A stretch of 64,000 bases of DNA, taken from contig JAHRHZ010000013.1 in assembly GCA_024137785.1 (NCBI GenBank), positions 28,539,003-28,603,002 on the forward strand, written 5' to 3'. Source of the DNA: Ginglymostoma cirratum. Lineage: Eukaryota. Both the position numbers and the translations under genes were made by a program. Of this stretch, positions 50,611 to 62,659 are shown one piece after another (within the stretch, counting starts at the first letter, position 1; the number at the start of each line of letters is the position of its first letter). The notes under the pieces are model-generated. The model did not search any database, was not told the DNA's origin, and saw only the letters and a program-made list of their open reading frames with translations.

Positions 50611-53600
50611 CCCTGATCTAATGTGCTTGATATCTTTGTCTAGTACAAGGTGATCTCTGCCCTGAAATAATTCCAGTTTACTCTTCGGGAAATCTTTTGG
50701 ATTTCACCTTCCCTCAGCCCCTTCTTTCCTTAGATCGTAGCAGAATATCTGATACTCCAGATGACTATTCCATGAATGAATATGTACTGTATGGACATAT
50801 TATGAAACTGGGTTTGTTTTGAAAATAAATGTAGTTGCACTAGTAGTGTAAAAGTATCGGAACAGCACGCTATTTGCTCACATTCACTATTTCTGTACAT
50901 TCCTAATTTTTTTGTTTAAAAATTTGACAAGATCTTTGGCGGCAGAAGTATGGAAAAATGGCATTACTTCAGCAAGCCAGTAAATCCTGTTCCAAATCCT
51001 GCGAATGGAGTCATTTCATTAATCAACCAGGCACTTACAGTAACACAACTCAGAAACACAACTGCTGTAGAGGAGGAGTGCAGTGCAGCCCTGCCAGGAG
51101 TACCGCAAAAAAAGTGCCAAAAAGAAATCATCTTGCACAACTGATAATAAATGAGTCAGATGTTTTCTTAAATGTCACCTCTGGGATTGATGAATTTTTT
51201 TGTGTCCCAGTTTAGAGATCTGCAGGAGGCTGAGAAGGCTTTGGCTGCTCTCAGCATCCTCGAAGCTAGCTGTGAACATAGCAGCAGCAGGTTGATGAAA
51301 CATGAATAGTAAGGAAGTATTATGTGTGTTGACTCCTAATAATTTATCCAATGAGGCTTTGAAAGTCCACATAATATACTGGTGATTAATGAAAGCTATA
51401 TCATATGATAAAGGATGGCAACAAACCTTCTGCTTACTTAAATTAACATGAACTTCCATTATAAAGTTGTATGCTCTTCTTTGAATGGTCCTTTTGTTAC
51501 ATCAAATAAATATTTTTATTATACTGTTTGCTTCCAAATGGCACGATATTCCACAGATACCTCTAAGAATCATCTGAAAGATAGATTTTTGAATTTTGTT
51601 TGAAAAAACCATAAACTGTTCTTCCTAATTTATGCCTGGAATTAATCAAGTGAAATTAGGCCATCAGTTTAGGAGGAGGAAGTTCCCAAGTGTCTCTCAA
51701 TCAAATTATCTCTCCATGACAGTCTTGAACTGTGGGTGAAATATGTCTCCCACTAAAGATGCAATATGACTGTACCAGTATTAAAAAGAAACTAATTTAA
51801 CACAACTTTTCCTTATTAAAAATATATTCCCTACCACACGCTTTCATCATCAAAATCAGCACATATTATCTACTGACCCATTCTCCTCCACCAATTCATT
51901 GCTTTCAGAATATTACTGATCACACTTGATCCATACCCTATGCAATGTGTCTTTGCTGTTTCTGTTAAGACGGAAGCATTAGCAATGGGGCTAAAAAGAC
52001 TGAAGTATTTGCAATAGGGCTAAAAGTGCAAGTGCACAATTATTTTGAGATTCTTTGAGACCACTTTAATATCCTCATCCTCACTGTATGCTCAAAATGA
52101 ATCGGGGGAAATAGGGCCAGATACTTACCTCATGAATCGCACCACACTCCCACCTATTGCCAATTTATTTCTTGTGTTTCAGAATGTGTGTGAGTCATTT
52201 ACTGCAGACAGGGGAGGACCTCACACAAAGACTTACGGTGCAAGTAAGATCCCTATACGACCTTAACAAGTAGCTGTGTGTGTCTGGCTTAATGATGGGC
52301 TCGTCAAAGAAACATAGGATCAGGCATGGTCTCTATCTGCAATATAGAGATTCTATGATTCTATGACTAGTAGATATTCTTTGTAAAAATTATGATTTGG
52401 GTCCAGGAGGAGTAGGTGTATTTCTCCGCACCCCACAATGAAACCTTGGAACCATGGGTCCCCTGTATATTGACTTTACCTCCACCTCCCGCCAGGTCAA
52501 CAATCATCTTTGGATCCCCACAGCACACCAACGCAAGTGTCCAAAGCAGGCTGCTTGTATCCTAAGAAATACTGCCCACCTGAAATTTCTCCTACCTAAC
52601 CATCAGCCCCAGGAAGAATCTTCATTTCCAAATGGATTTGAGACCTAGAGCTTAAACAGCTAGCATTTTGAGGTGCAGAGAAGGCTGGGTTATGTACGGA
52701 TGTGGATAAACATCCTCGACCCACTTGATTCCACCCACTAAAACTGGGGCATTTTTTCATTAAATACTAATTCATTTGACTGCATTTCAAAGCATTTTCC
52801 ACTTATAAGACTTCAATATCAATTGTAACTTGCCTAGATGATTTACATTTATTAACATTCAAAAATCGTTCACAATTCTGAACAAGTGAAGACAACTTGG
52901 ATGGCTATGGAACATAACTTACTTAGGCTAGGAAGCACAAACCCCTTCCATTGCTGTTTGAGATTTTTATACCTGTTGCACAACAATGTAGTTAGTCTGG
53001 CTGTCATGCAGCAGTGCACTTGGAAAGACTGGCAATGTACGCTGGGAGTGTATTTAGCTGCCATACTGAATGGTTCTATGATGTGGTTTGAGCATGGCAT
53101 AAATTAAGCTGTCATTTTTTGGCAGCATGTGCAGTGAGGCGATTTTGCTGTACTGTAACATTTGAGATGACAATTTTCTGCCTTTAACAGTTACTGACAG
53201 ATTTGTGTGATACATGCTTGAAGTGTCTGCTTGAGGGGCTGCAGTTAGAAATTGCCCTGTAGGTAAGGTATTGCCTGCATGAGCTAATCAAGCAGCCATT
53301 CACTGAGATACTTGATGCTTTATCTTTTGTTATGTTCGTTCATCTTAATCAATTGAAGAAACATTTTTTCTCAAAGTGTTTTTCATTAAGGCTAGATTTC
53401 GTAATCAAAATGACGACTAGGTAACAAGCTTGAAAGTACAAATAGCCTGTCTACTACCACGCTGTATGCGCTTGTTTAATGTTATTTTTGGAAAAATATT
53501 TCTGCAACGATTATATCAAATACCATCTGGATCCTCCAGGAAAGTCCACTCACAGTCAATAGTAGTGTATAGAGAGACAGCATGACCTTTTAGCAGTATC

Positions 53601-53869
53601 TTAAATAGCCTCCTTTTTATACTTCATCACAGCTCTCGCTTATAAATGTAGGGTTATGCAGTTTATGGAAGGTGCTAATGTTTTATATTAGCTTAGGAGC
53701 CACATGGAGCTAAAGGAGTAGCTCTTGTAGGCAACAGGGAGTTAAGAACAAATAAGCAGGTACAGCGGAATGCCAAGTGTTACTGAAAGGAACTCATTTC
53801 TTGCTCCATGCGTTTAATTAAAAAACGCATAATAACGTTTGGTAACAGCAACAGTACTTTTCTCAAAAA

Positions 53870-53950
53870 ACAGAAGAAGGGGCCCAACTTTCCTGCTGCT
53901 CTGATGCTACCTGGCCTGTTGTGTTCCTCCAGCTCCACACTGTGTTATCT
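53870..53950 (+). mobile_element. Family-1 single arm with internally deleted HHR
   Basis: cagaagaaggggcccaactttcctgctgctctgatgctacctggcctgttgtgttcctccagctccacactgtgttatct. Confidence 0.8.
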
Positions 53951-54269
53951 ATGGAAAAGAAAGATGTATACCTGATAGAGGCTTCATTTAAAAATAACAG
54001 GAAGGACAGATGAAGAGGTGATTCCTCTTTGAGTAGAGTATTTTGAGTAGACAGTAACACACACAGGGAGCATAATATAGGTGCTGTCCAGGAGTTTCCA
54101 GCCATTAATTTTAATGTATACAAGATCATAGGCTGTTCACCCATGGAGGTGTGGGGCTTGGAGAGATGAGGTGTAATCTTCACCTTCTGAGCCTGGCAGT
54201 AATCACTCATCCATTTCAATCCATTGAGTTTAATGAGGTGAAAATTGGGTGGGTTGATATATTAGATAG

Positions 54270-55600
54270 GTGACTCCCTGATGTACACTCCCTTTGAACA
54301 ATACTACCCACTAGGAGGGTGGGCCCATGGAATCACCCCTTTATTCAAAGCTTCTGGTTTATGTAAAGTGGATGAAGAAATACAAATCTGTCTCCCGAAT
54401 ACACGTAAAAGGGAAAGAGAGACAAAACATTCTCTATTCATTTTTAAGCAGAGAGGTGGGGAACAATTTAATCATGAGAGACATTACAATAGTACGGATA
54501 TCATTTTCAATAGGCCAAAATTGAATCAGATGAAACAACTTGTAGATGGTATTGTTAGAACATACAAAGTATAGGGCAGAGTACTGAAAACATGATGCAC
54601 TACACAATGATTTGTGATGGTTGGACTACAAGATGAAAGGCTGTTGGAAAGGCTTCAGCTTGATTCTGAGTTTACACTTGAAAAGGTAATATAGAATGAA
54701 GCTGTTAAAATCAACAGGCAGTAGTTAGAAACCAGCCAAATGGGAAAATAGGTGGCCTGAAGGCAGAGGAAAGAATCTTAGCAGCCAAATTCCTCCTGAA
54801 GAAATTTGCAATAAACACACTCACAGATAAACTGGAAGCTGGGTTTGCATCTTGGCAAATGTTCTAATAGAGACATCACACACTAATTAGTAAAATAAAC
54901 ATTTCTACACAATATCCCCCCAAAACATTATCGCACTCAAGAAAATTGAACATGAAAATATAACTGTCCAGTGACAGGAACTTTAGATTAGAGGCAATGG
55001 GAATGGGAGAAGTAGATGACAGAGAAAAATATTCCAAACTGTTCCACAGTATGGGAATACCTTCTGGAAACATCGATCAATGTGAAACACAAGCACAAAA
55101 TTAATCCTATTCCTTGTTTCCAAGTGTAGAACTATTCCAATGCTACCAAGGGTTAAAGAGGAACTTGCCAGAATGGCATAGCTAGTTGTAGCTTCTGAGC
55201 TGGAAGCACCCACAAAACTGGCATGTTGACATTTTCATTGTCCCAAATCTAAAGGACACATCACAATGTTGCTTGGATTTGGCTCAGTGCAATGCAAGTG
55301 CATTTTGTCAGAAAGAGTGCCACCATCAGCAGACCAGACGACCAGACATTAAATCAGACTTTAATCCTGCTGGAAAGACCAAAAGTCTTTTCCAAACTAG
55401 ATGCCAATTCAAGTTTTTGGCTAACAGTAACTTTGTCAGCCCTGTTAACAATATTTATTGCAGTACTCATGCAATTTTGCTTCAAAAGGCAATCAGGATT
55501 TCCTCAACTTTGGCATCTTTTCAGAGGATGATGTTACGGTTGTTAGAAAGTGTGATAGATCCAGAATTCATCTTGTTTCAATTTAGTGGAATTTTATAAC
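54270..55600 (+). mobile_element. Decayed Ty3/Gypsy LTR-retrotransposon internal region (gag + RT start)
   Basis: Gag-like FKASGL..EEIQI (ORF 54281) and VMVGLQDERLLERLQLDSEFTLEKVI (~54610-54690); PMLPRVKEELARM (~55140); RT motif KVFSKLDANSSFW (ORF 55292). Confidence 0.85.
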
Positions 55601-55807
55601 ATCTCATTTTGTTTGCAACTTTCCTGACTATTGTAACCATTTAAAAAGCTTCTGTTAACTAAATTTTGAGGAAAGAAAACTCGCTTTTGCCTTTCTGAGG
55701 AGGGGGACATGGAGCAAATTGACACATGAGCTGAGAATTTCCATTTTCAGTGAAGAATGATGCAGAATGGCTTCAATAAAAATGTCAACCCAAGCAGAGA
55801 AAGGTAT

Positions 55808-56020
55808 CAGAGATAATAGGAACTGCAGATGCTGGAGAATCCGAGATAACAAAGTGTGGAGCTGGATGAACACAGCAGGCCAAGCAGCATCATAGGAGCA
55901 GGAAAGCTTGACGTTTCGGGCCATTTCTGATGAAGGGTCTAGGCCCGAAACGTCAAGCTTTCCTGCTCCTATGATGCTGCTTGGCCCGTTGGGTTCATCC
56001 AGCTCCACACCTTGTTATCT
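55808..56020. mobile_element. Penelope-derived palindromic HHR element (family 1), copy C
   Basis: Arms 55843-55922 and ~55941-56020; intact + core ctgatgaagggtctaggcccgaaacgtc (55927-55954); perfect 13 bp TSD cagagaaaggtat at 55795-55807 and 56021-56033. Confidence 0.93.
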
Positions 56021-56663
56021 CAGAGAAAGGTATGTTGAGACTGCACACTAGTGTCCTTGGTCAGCTGATTATTCATCAATTTTAATTGCAGTTTTGCTTT
56101 TCAGCAGCAATAACCTAATGGAGCAGAGTTGTCATCGATCCTGATTTCATTTGGACTGTGTCAATCTTAGACTTAAATCCCCTTTCCTGCAGGGATACTC
56201 ATTTGTCACAACTTTTTGCTGCAATTAAGGATGTTCCAACAAAAATGAGAGCCGGTAGCATAACATTTAGTAGTTCTGACACATTTTACTACATTGAAGA
56301 TGGTGTAAAATACCATCCTTTCACTTATATTCCTGTTGGTTAAGCCAGAGTTAGAGATTGGTGTCAATTTATTTGTCAGTTATCGTTGTCAATATTATGT
56401 GGTGTGGTCTGGAACTACTGTCTTTGCACTTAATGAAGTCAATTAATTAATTGTACGATAACTGCTTGAGGTGGCTTCCTTACTGCTCTTCAATTAGAGC
56501 TAAAAGATCTTAATCCATGTCCACAGAAATAAATGGTACTGGTGTAACTGATGTTTATTTACTGAAATATTGGGGAATAAAAAAAGATAATGAATAAAGC
56601 CAGCTAGACAGCTGGCAAAGTTCATGCTTTTCCTTTCCAGGGTTGGCATCATCAAATGATGAT

Positions 56664-57002
56664 GGGCAGCACGGTGGCTCAGTGGTTGGCACCACTGCCT
56701 CACAGCGACAGGGGCCCAGTTCAATTCCACCTTTGGGCAGCTGCCTGTGTGGGGTTTGCACGTTCCCACCGGGTCTGTGTGGATATCCTTCGGGTGCTCT
56801 GGTTTCCTCCCACAGTCCAAAGACATGCAGGTTAGGTGGATTGGCCATGCTAAATTGCCCGTAATGTCCAGGATGTGCAAGTTAGGTAGATTAGCCATGG
56901 GAATGTAGGGTTATGAGAGGGGTTGGGTCAGGTTGAGATGCTCTTTGAAGGTTGGGCTCGATGGGCCCAATGGGCTGCTTCCACTCTGTAGGGATTCTAT
57001 GA
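56664..57002 (+). mobile_element. HE1-type V-SINE
   Basis: gggcagcacggtggctcagtggttggcaccactgcctcacagcg.. with duplicated gttaggtggattggccatg unit and tail ctgtagggattctatga. Confidence 0.93.
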
Positions 57003-57664
57003 AACCAAGTGATACACTTCTCTCTAAAGCTCACTGGATAAGGCAGATTCAGAAGTGCACTTTTGACATGTTCAATATGTAAATAACCATCGGTTCAGTT
57101 GGAAACCTTACTGCTTTAAACACCAAGCAGTTCAACAACATTCCCACAACCGTCTTCTTGTTTGTCACTGTATTCAGTGGAATTGGTGGAATTTAGTCAC
57201 AGACTAAAAAGGCATCCTAAAAGCTAATGAAGTTGGACCAACATTTAATGGTATCTTGTTCTGACTTAGTTGTTTTTGATAAATGTAACTAACTTTCAGT
57301 GTTGCAATAGACACAGATCAGCCAATGACAATTCTTGTCAAACCTGAGAGAAAGTGAACAATCAAGCTATCTCCATATTGCTGCAGGGAACAGACCAAAA
57401 TTTGCTAATCCTGTTTTTGCTAAATTTCAACATATTCTGTCAGATTAGAGCCAAAGCATTCGTTTCTCATAGTTGGCTGAGACAGGTGACAAACAATTTA
57501 TACACCAGAACTTTTTTTGTAAGTTTCTGATTCACCTATTCTGTAGCAAACCAGAAGATGTTGGTCCTAAATAAAGGTCAGGAAATAGTGATTCAAGGAA
57601 AACACATCAAGATACATAAGCAAGTGCGGTGCAAATATCCTTAGATCCTTTAAGTAAAATTTAA

Positions 57665-60600
57665 TGCCACTTCATGTTTTATATCACAGCACATTTCACA
57701 TCATAAGATGCTGCAGTTTACATTTTATCACATTTCATGCTGTTTTTCCAATACACTTTTAATCACATCTCATTCTATGCCATATCACTTTTTTGTTTGT
57801 CATATTTTCCAAAGCATCATGTTCGTGATATTTAGTATCACTTTTTACATCAGATCGTTCCTTATATCACATTTTATACTATGTTAACATTTCCTTCATG
57901 GCACGTTTTGCAGCACATTTTTATTTGTTCATAGTACCATTGACAAAGATAGCAGTTGTTATCCATCAGTACTTGCCCTCCAGAAGGTGCTTGGGAGTCA
58001 CATTTTGAACTGATGCAGACCATGTAGGATAAGTTACACCCATTATGCTCCTAGGGACAGAGCTACTGGATTTGGCTCTGAAACATTGAAGGTTTGGTGA
58101 CATATTCCTATTTCCAGGATAATGTGGGAGCTTGCACATGGAGTGCAAAGAACATGTTTGAAAGAATTTGAAATGAGGCTTGAATTTCTCCAACCTTGCA
58201 AGACAGCTAAGATCTCTGGGAAGAACCTTCACAATGATGAATGGTTCTGGGATGACATGACTAGGCTGAGAAAGAGAATGAACAAAAGTGAACCCTTGGG
58301 AGCAAAGAATTACATAGCTCTGGTTCTGGGAATTTTGAGTTTACTTAAATCAAGTAGAAAATCTTCCTAAGAATAGTATCAGATATACTTAGAAAATGAG
58401 TTTTTTTAGTAGCTTTAAAAGTAAAAAGTAATGTTCTGTTCCGCAGTTTGAAATTTATGCTGTTTACAAAAGTAGTGTTTAGTTGACAGTGCTTTTAGTC
58501 TGCCTTAATAAAAGACTTGTGAAATTTTGTCATGTCATCTTTTGCTGCTTTGATTGGAGTTTTGAATTTCCTTTTAAAAGTTATCATTCTCTCCAGGGAT
58601 TATAACAATTCAACACATGTCATATTTCAAATCGTATTATGTTTCAATTTGTGTCAGCTTTGAAATTGCAAAATATTTTATATCATGTTTGTCTCACAGC
58701 AATTTTACATTGAATCATGTATTCTCTCATGTAATTTTATGTTGCATCATTTTTATGACACTTTAGGTCACAATGTCTCTTACATCAGGCCACATCACAT
58801 TTTCCATTGTGCTACATTTTGCATTATGGTTATGATTTATACTTGTTGTGTTTCCCATTGCATCCTATTTAATCTCATGTTCTCCTTTGTATCATGCTTT
58901 ACTTCACATCACACTTGATGGAAGATCAAGCTTTCTGTTACAAAACCTTTCATGTTCTATTTCACATCTTGTTCCGCATTATGTGGCATCTTTGCTCACA
59001 TTTTTTTTATATCACCTTATATGTTGCGTCATGTTTACATCACATTTTATAATGTGTCATGCTTTCCTTCAAGTCTAAGTTTATGGTGATCTCATTTTCC
59101 TTTTAGACATACTTTTTGTCAAGTGATGTTTTATAATGTGTCATGCTTTCCATCATGTCATGTTTGTCAGTGCATCACATTTTCCATTGAGACACCTTTC
59201 ACATCAAATTTCATGACATATTACTTTTCAAACAGTGTCACCTTTTATTTGGCATTGTATTTTGTGCCACATTTACATTTCATTGCATTTTATGTTGCCA
59301 TGTTTCCCTTGCATCTTATCTTGAAAGGCCTCATGATGTCCATTGTGATATGTTTATTCTCCATGTCATTGTGTCCTGGGTTCTATCATGTCTCATTTTC
59401 TAGAGGATCACACTTTTCATTGTAATACCTTTCACATCACTTTTCACACGGTGTCACATTTTACATCACGTCTTGTTTTAGATTGTGTTCACAATGTGCT
59501 ACGTTTTGTTAAGTTTTCTCCCTCAATACAAATTATGTCATGCTTAATGACATGCTGTCTTTGTACGCCACAAACATTTTCCATCACGTCACAGTGTGAT
59601 GCATTTAGATCATGTCACATATTCTGATACTTTATGCATCTCACCACATTTGATGTCACTCATTTTAAGGCATTTCGTATTTTCCATTGCAACACTTTGA
59701 CATCATGTTTTATATCATGTTTGACATCACATTACATTTTGCACCATTTCACATTTAATGTCACATTGTCTTTCACTACATCCTGCATTTCGCAGTCCAT
59801 TTCATTTTAAGAATGTCATATTTTACGTTGTCAGGTAACCTAGCCTGTTATGTATTCCATTGCCTCATATTTCATGTCATCTCTTTTAGGTCAAATCATG
59901 CTTTTTCTCATGTCATACTTTGAATTATGTCATACTATTCATTGTTTTAAGTCCCATTTTATGCTACATCTCATTTTCCTTCATTTAAATTTTCATCAGT
60001 TTGCTTGCTATGGTCATTTATTTCAAATTTTACACTGCTCCGTGTTTTTCATCAGATCATATTTTCTGTCACAAAATCTTTCACATCATATTTCATGCCA
60101 TGTTACATTTTAGCTCACACCAGGTTTTTTGTTATACAGATACAAATCTTGCCCTATTTTATATCCTTACATTTTTTAATACAAATGTTTTACGCCACAT
60201 CATCTTGTGTCAAATTTTCTGGTGAATCTCATTTTTCAGTCTGTCATATTTTCCATCAGATCATGGTTTCTGTTGTAATATATTTTATGTTGCATCTTAT
60301 TCCGCATTACATCTTAACTCAGAGCAGACTAAGAATTACTGGGTTGGATATCTCTAAGGTCTCCGACTCTAACTCAGTGTTGGAGGCTTTTGCAGAGGGT
60401 TCCAGATGGATGCTTGCTCAACAGAAGTTTCAACTTTCAAAACATTTCCAACACAAACAGCTGCTTTGGGACTTCCACATAGCCCCCATGTGAAACTGCT
60501 GTCTATGCTGCTGCAATACCCATCTTCCTAATCAGAAGATCTGGACCTGCATTGCACCATAATTTCAGGTTTTATGATGTGCAATGATTCACATCGTATT

Positions 60601-60800
60601 TCACTGTGTCCATTTTCCATAATTTTGCATGTCACTTTTCACATTTAGGTCATGCTACATTTTCAGGTCTGTCACCTCTTATGTCAAATAACACTTTATA
60701 TGGTGTTATATCTTGTCTCATTTTGCAGCTTCTCATTGTACCCATGCAACATATTTTAGATTATGTTGTATTTAACTGCATATTTACACTGGGACAATTT
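57665..60800 (+). repeat. Degenerate low-complexity satellite (catcacattt / atgtcacattt / tcatgttt motifs)
   Basis: Dense recurring (a/t)tcacatttt and tcatg motifs, T-rich and G-poor on +; interrupted at ~57935-58607 and ~60315-60550. Confidence 0.8.
57935..58607 (+). mobile_element. Probable solo LTR inside the satellite
   Basis: Abrupt change of composition, AATAAA ~58507, terminus ..ctccagggattataACA; left boundary and TSD uncertain. Confidence 0.5.
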
Positions 60801-60827
60801 GGCCTTTTTTTCTGCATTTTACTGTAA

Positions 60828-61122
60828 CATGGTGGCTCAGTGGTTAGAACTGCTGCCTTACAGTGCCAGGGACCCGGGTTTGATTCCACCCTTGGGCGAC
60901 TGTCTGTGTGGAGTTTGCACATTCTCTCTGCGTCTGCATGGGTTTCCATCGGGTGCTCCTGTTTCCTCCCGCAGTCCAAAGATGTGCAAGCTAGTGGATT
61001 ATCCATGGGAAATGCAGGGATAGGGTAGAGGGATGGGTCAGGGTGGGATGGTGTTCATAATCTTGGTCAGTGTGGACCTGTTGGGTCAAATGGCCTGTTT
61101 CAACACTGGAGGGGCTCTATGA
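60828..61122 (+). mobile_element. HE1-type V-SINE
   Basis: catggtggctcagtggttagaactgctgccttacagtgccagggacccgggtttgattcc..tgtgtggagtttgcacattctct..ggcctgtttc. Confidence 0.92.
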
Positions 61123-61279
61123 TTCAATGAATTATCACAAGGTTCTTGTAGCTTTGCAGCCTAACCCCCGAGAGGGGACATAAAAGGCTAAATTCACATT
61201 TTCTCCAGGATTCCAGTGCTCTCCTGTCTTGGTTCTAATGTTACAAAAGGATATTGTAAATATTTGCATGGGAATCCTG

Positions 61280-61592
61280 CGCCTTTAACCTCCTCCAGCC
61301 CTACAATCCTTCAAGAATTCTGAATGCTTGTAGTCCATCCTCCAGCTCACTTTCCTTCACCGTTGTCAGCTATACTTTAAACTAATTATTCCCTGAAGCT
61401 TTGAAATTCCCTCTGTAAACCTCTCAATCTTTCCACCTGTCTTTCCTCCTTTGTGATCCTTTGCAAAATCCAACAAGCTTTGCTTAACTGTCCTAATACC
61501 TTCTTATTAGACCCAGCATAGGTGTGATTATGCTCTTGTGGAGTGTTTTGGATGTCTTACTGTGTAAAAGGTGCTGCATAATTGCTCTTGTT
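61280..61592 (+). mobile_element. L2-clade LINE 3' end
   Basis: ctccagccctacaatccttc..gaaattccctctgtaaacctctc..tactgtgtaaaaggtgctgcataattgctcttgtt. Confidence 0.65.
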
Positions 61593-62659
61593 AATCTGCA
61601 AATTTACAAGAAGAAGAAGAAAATACAAACTGCCTTAGAAATAATCTAAAAAAGTAAATACCAATTTGCAACATGCATATTAGCATTCACTGCCTTGTTT
61701 TTGTTTTCTTTAAGAGCTTCCCTTATAACTAACTCTTTAACAACACTTTGGGTGACCTGGCCAAATAGTTCCATGGAGAGTATGGCTTGGATTACAGCTC
61801 TGTGAATCACATTTATTTCACTAAAGGGAGCTCGTAAATGCAGTGTGTTGCTGTTTAAGGCTCGGTATTAATTGAGGTTTCATGAAGACAAATTTCAGCG
61901 TTGAACCTTCTTTGATAAACATTTGATTTCAATGGTATTGCAAGTCCAGGAAAAAACATATTAAATTTTGCATGAAAATGCTCTCCAAAACTTTTCTGCC
62001 TAATTTTTCTGACCTACCAGTAATAACGAGGAGCTGCAAATACTGCTAGAATGTTCTTAAGATTGTACAGAAGGGTTACATAGAGGAAATTACTCACTTC
62101 TTGGGCTGAGTTCAGGTTGATGGCTCTTCATTTTCTTCCTGCTCAAGACGTGAAGATTAAACCAAAATGTTAGACTTCCCTACAAAAAAGGTTTGATAAA
62201 TAAGTGCAGCAGAAAATTCATAAGCATGGAATTCTCCTCCAGTTAATCAGTTGAACTTTATAAAGATTTATTATAAGTCGGAAAAAAGAATCCATTGATT
62301 AGTTTGATGCAGACAGACAATATATTTGGAACAAGTGTTCTGGAGGGGAGGGAACATTATCATTGATGAACCATCACTCTCTTGAACAAACTTCAGTAAA
62401 AAAATGATGTTGTGACTTAGAAAATAAGAATTAAGGAGGTCCTTTTGATAGTTGATTCAGTTTGGTTGGAACTAAGAAATTAAAAATTTGCCAGCCTTGA
62501 TCCTTGTTGTATATATATGAAACAGAGACTAGAATCTTCTATCTTTGGTATTTCCCATCATTCTTATATTATGTGCTTGAGTGAGTTTGTCATGATAATA
62601 TGGAACCTGTTAATTTTACTTCATTTAAGAGTTGCTGTGCTTACGGATAAGAAGGATTG

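Noticed and set aside
52121-52130. atacttacct resembling the U1 snRNA 5' end
   Set aside because: No further U1 sequence; it is the complement of a 5' splice-site consensus
58685-60493. Cluster of overlapping ORFs up to 162 aa
   Set aside because: By-product of low-complexity satellite composition
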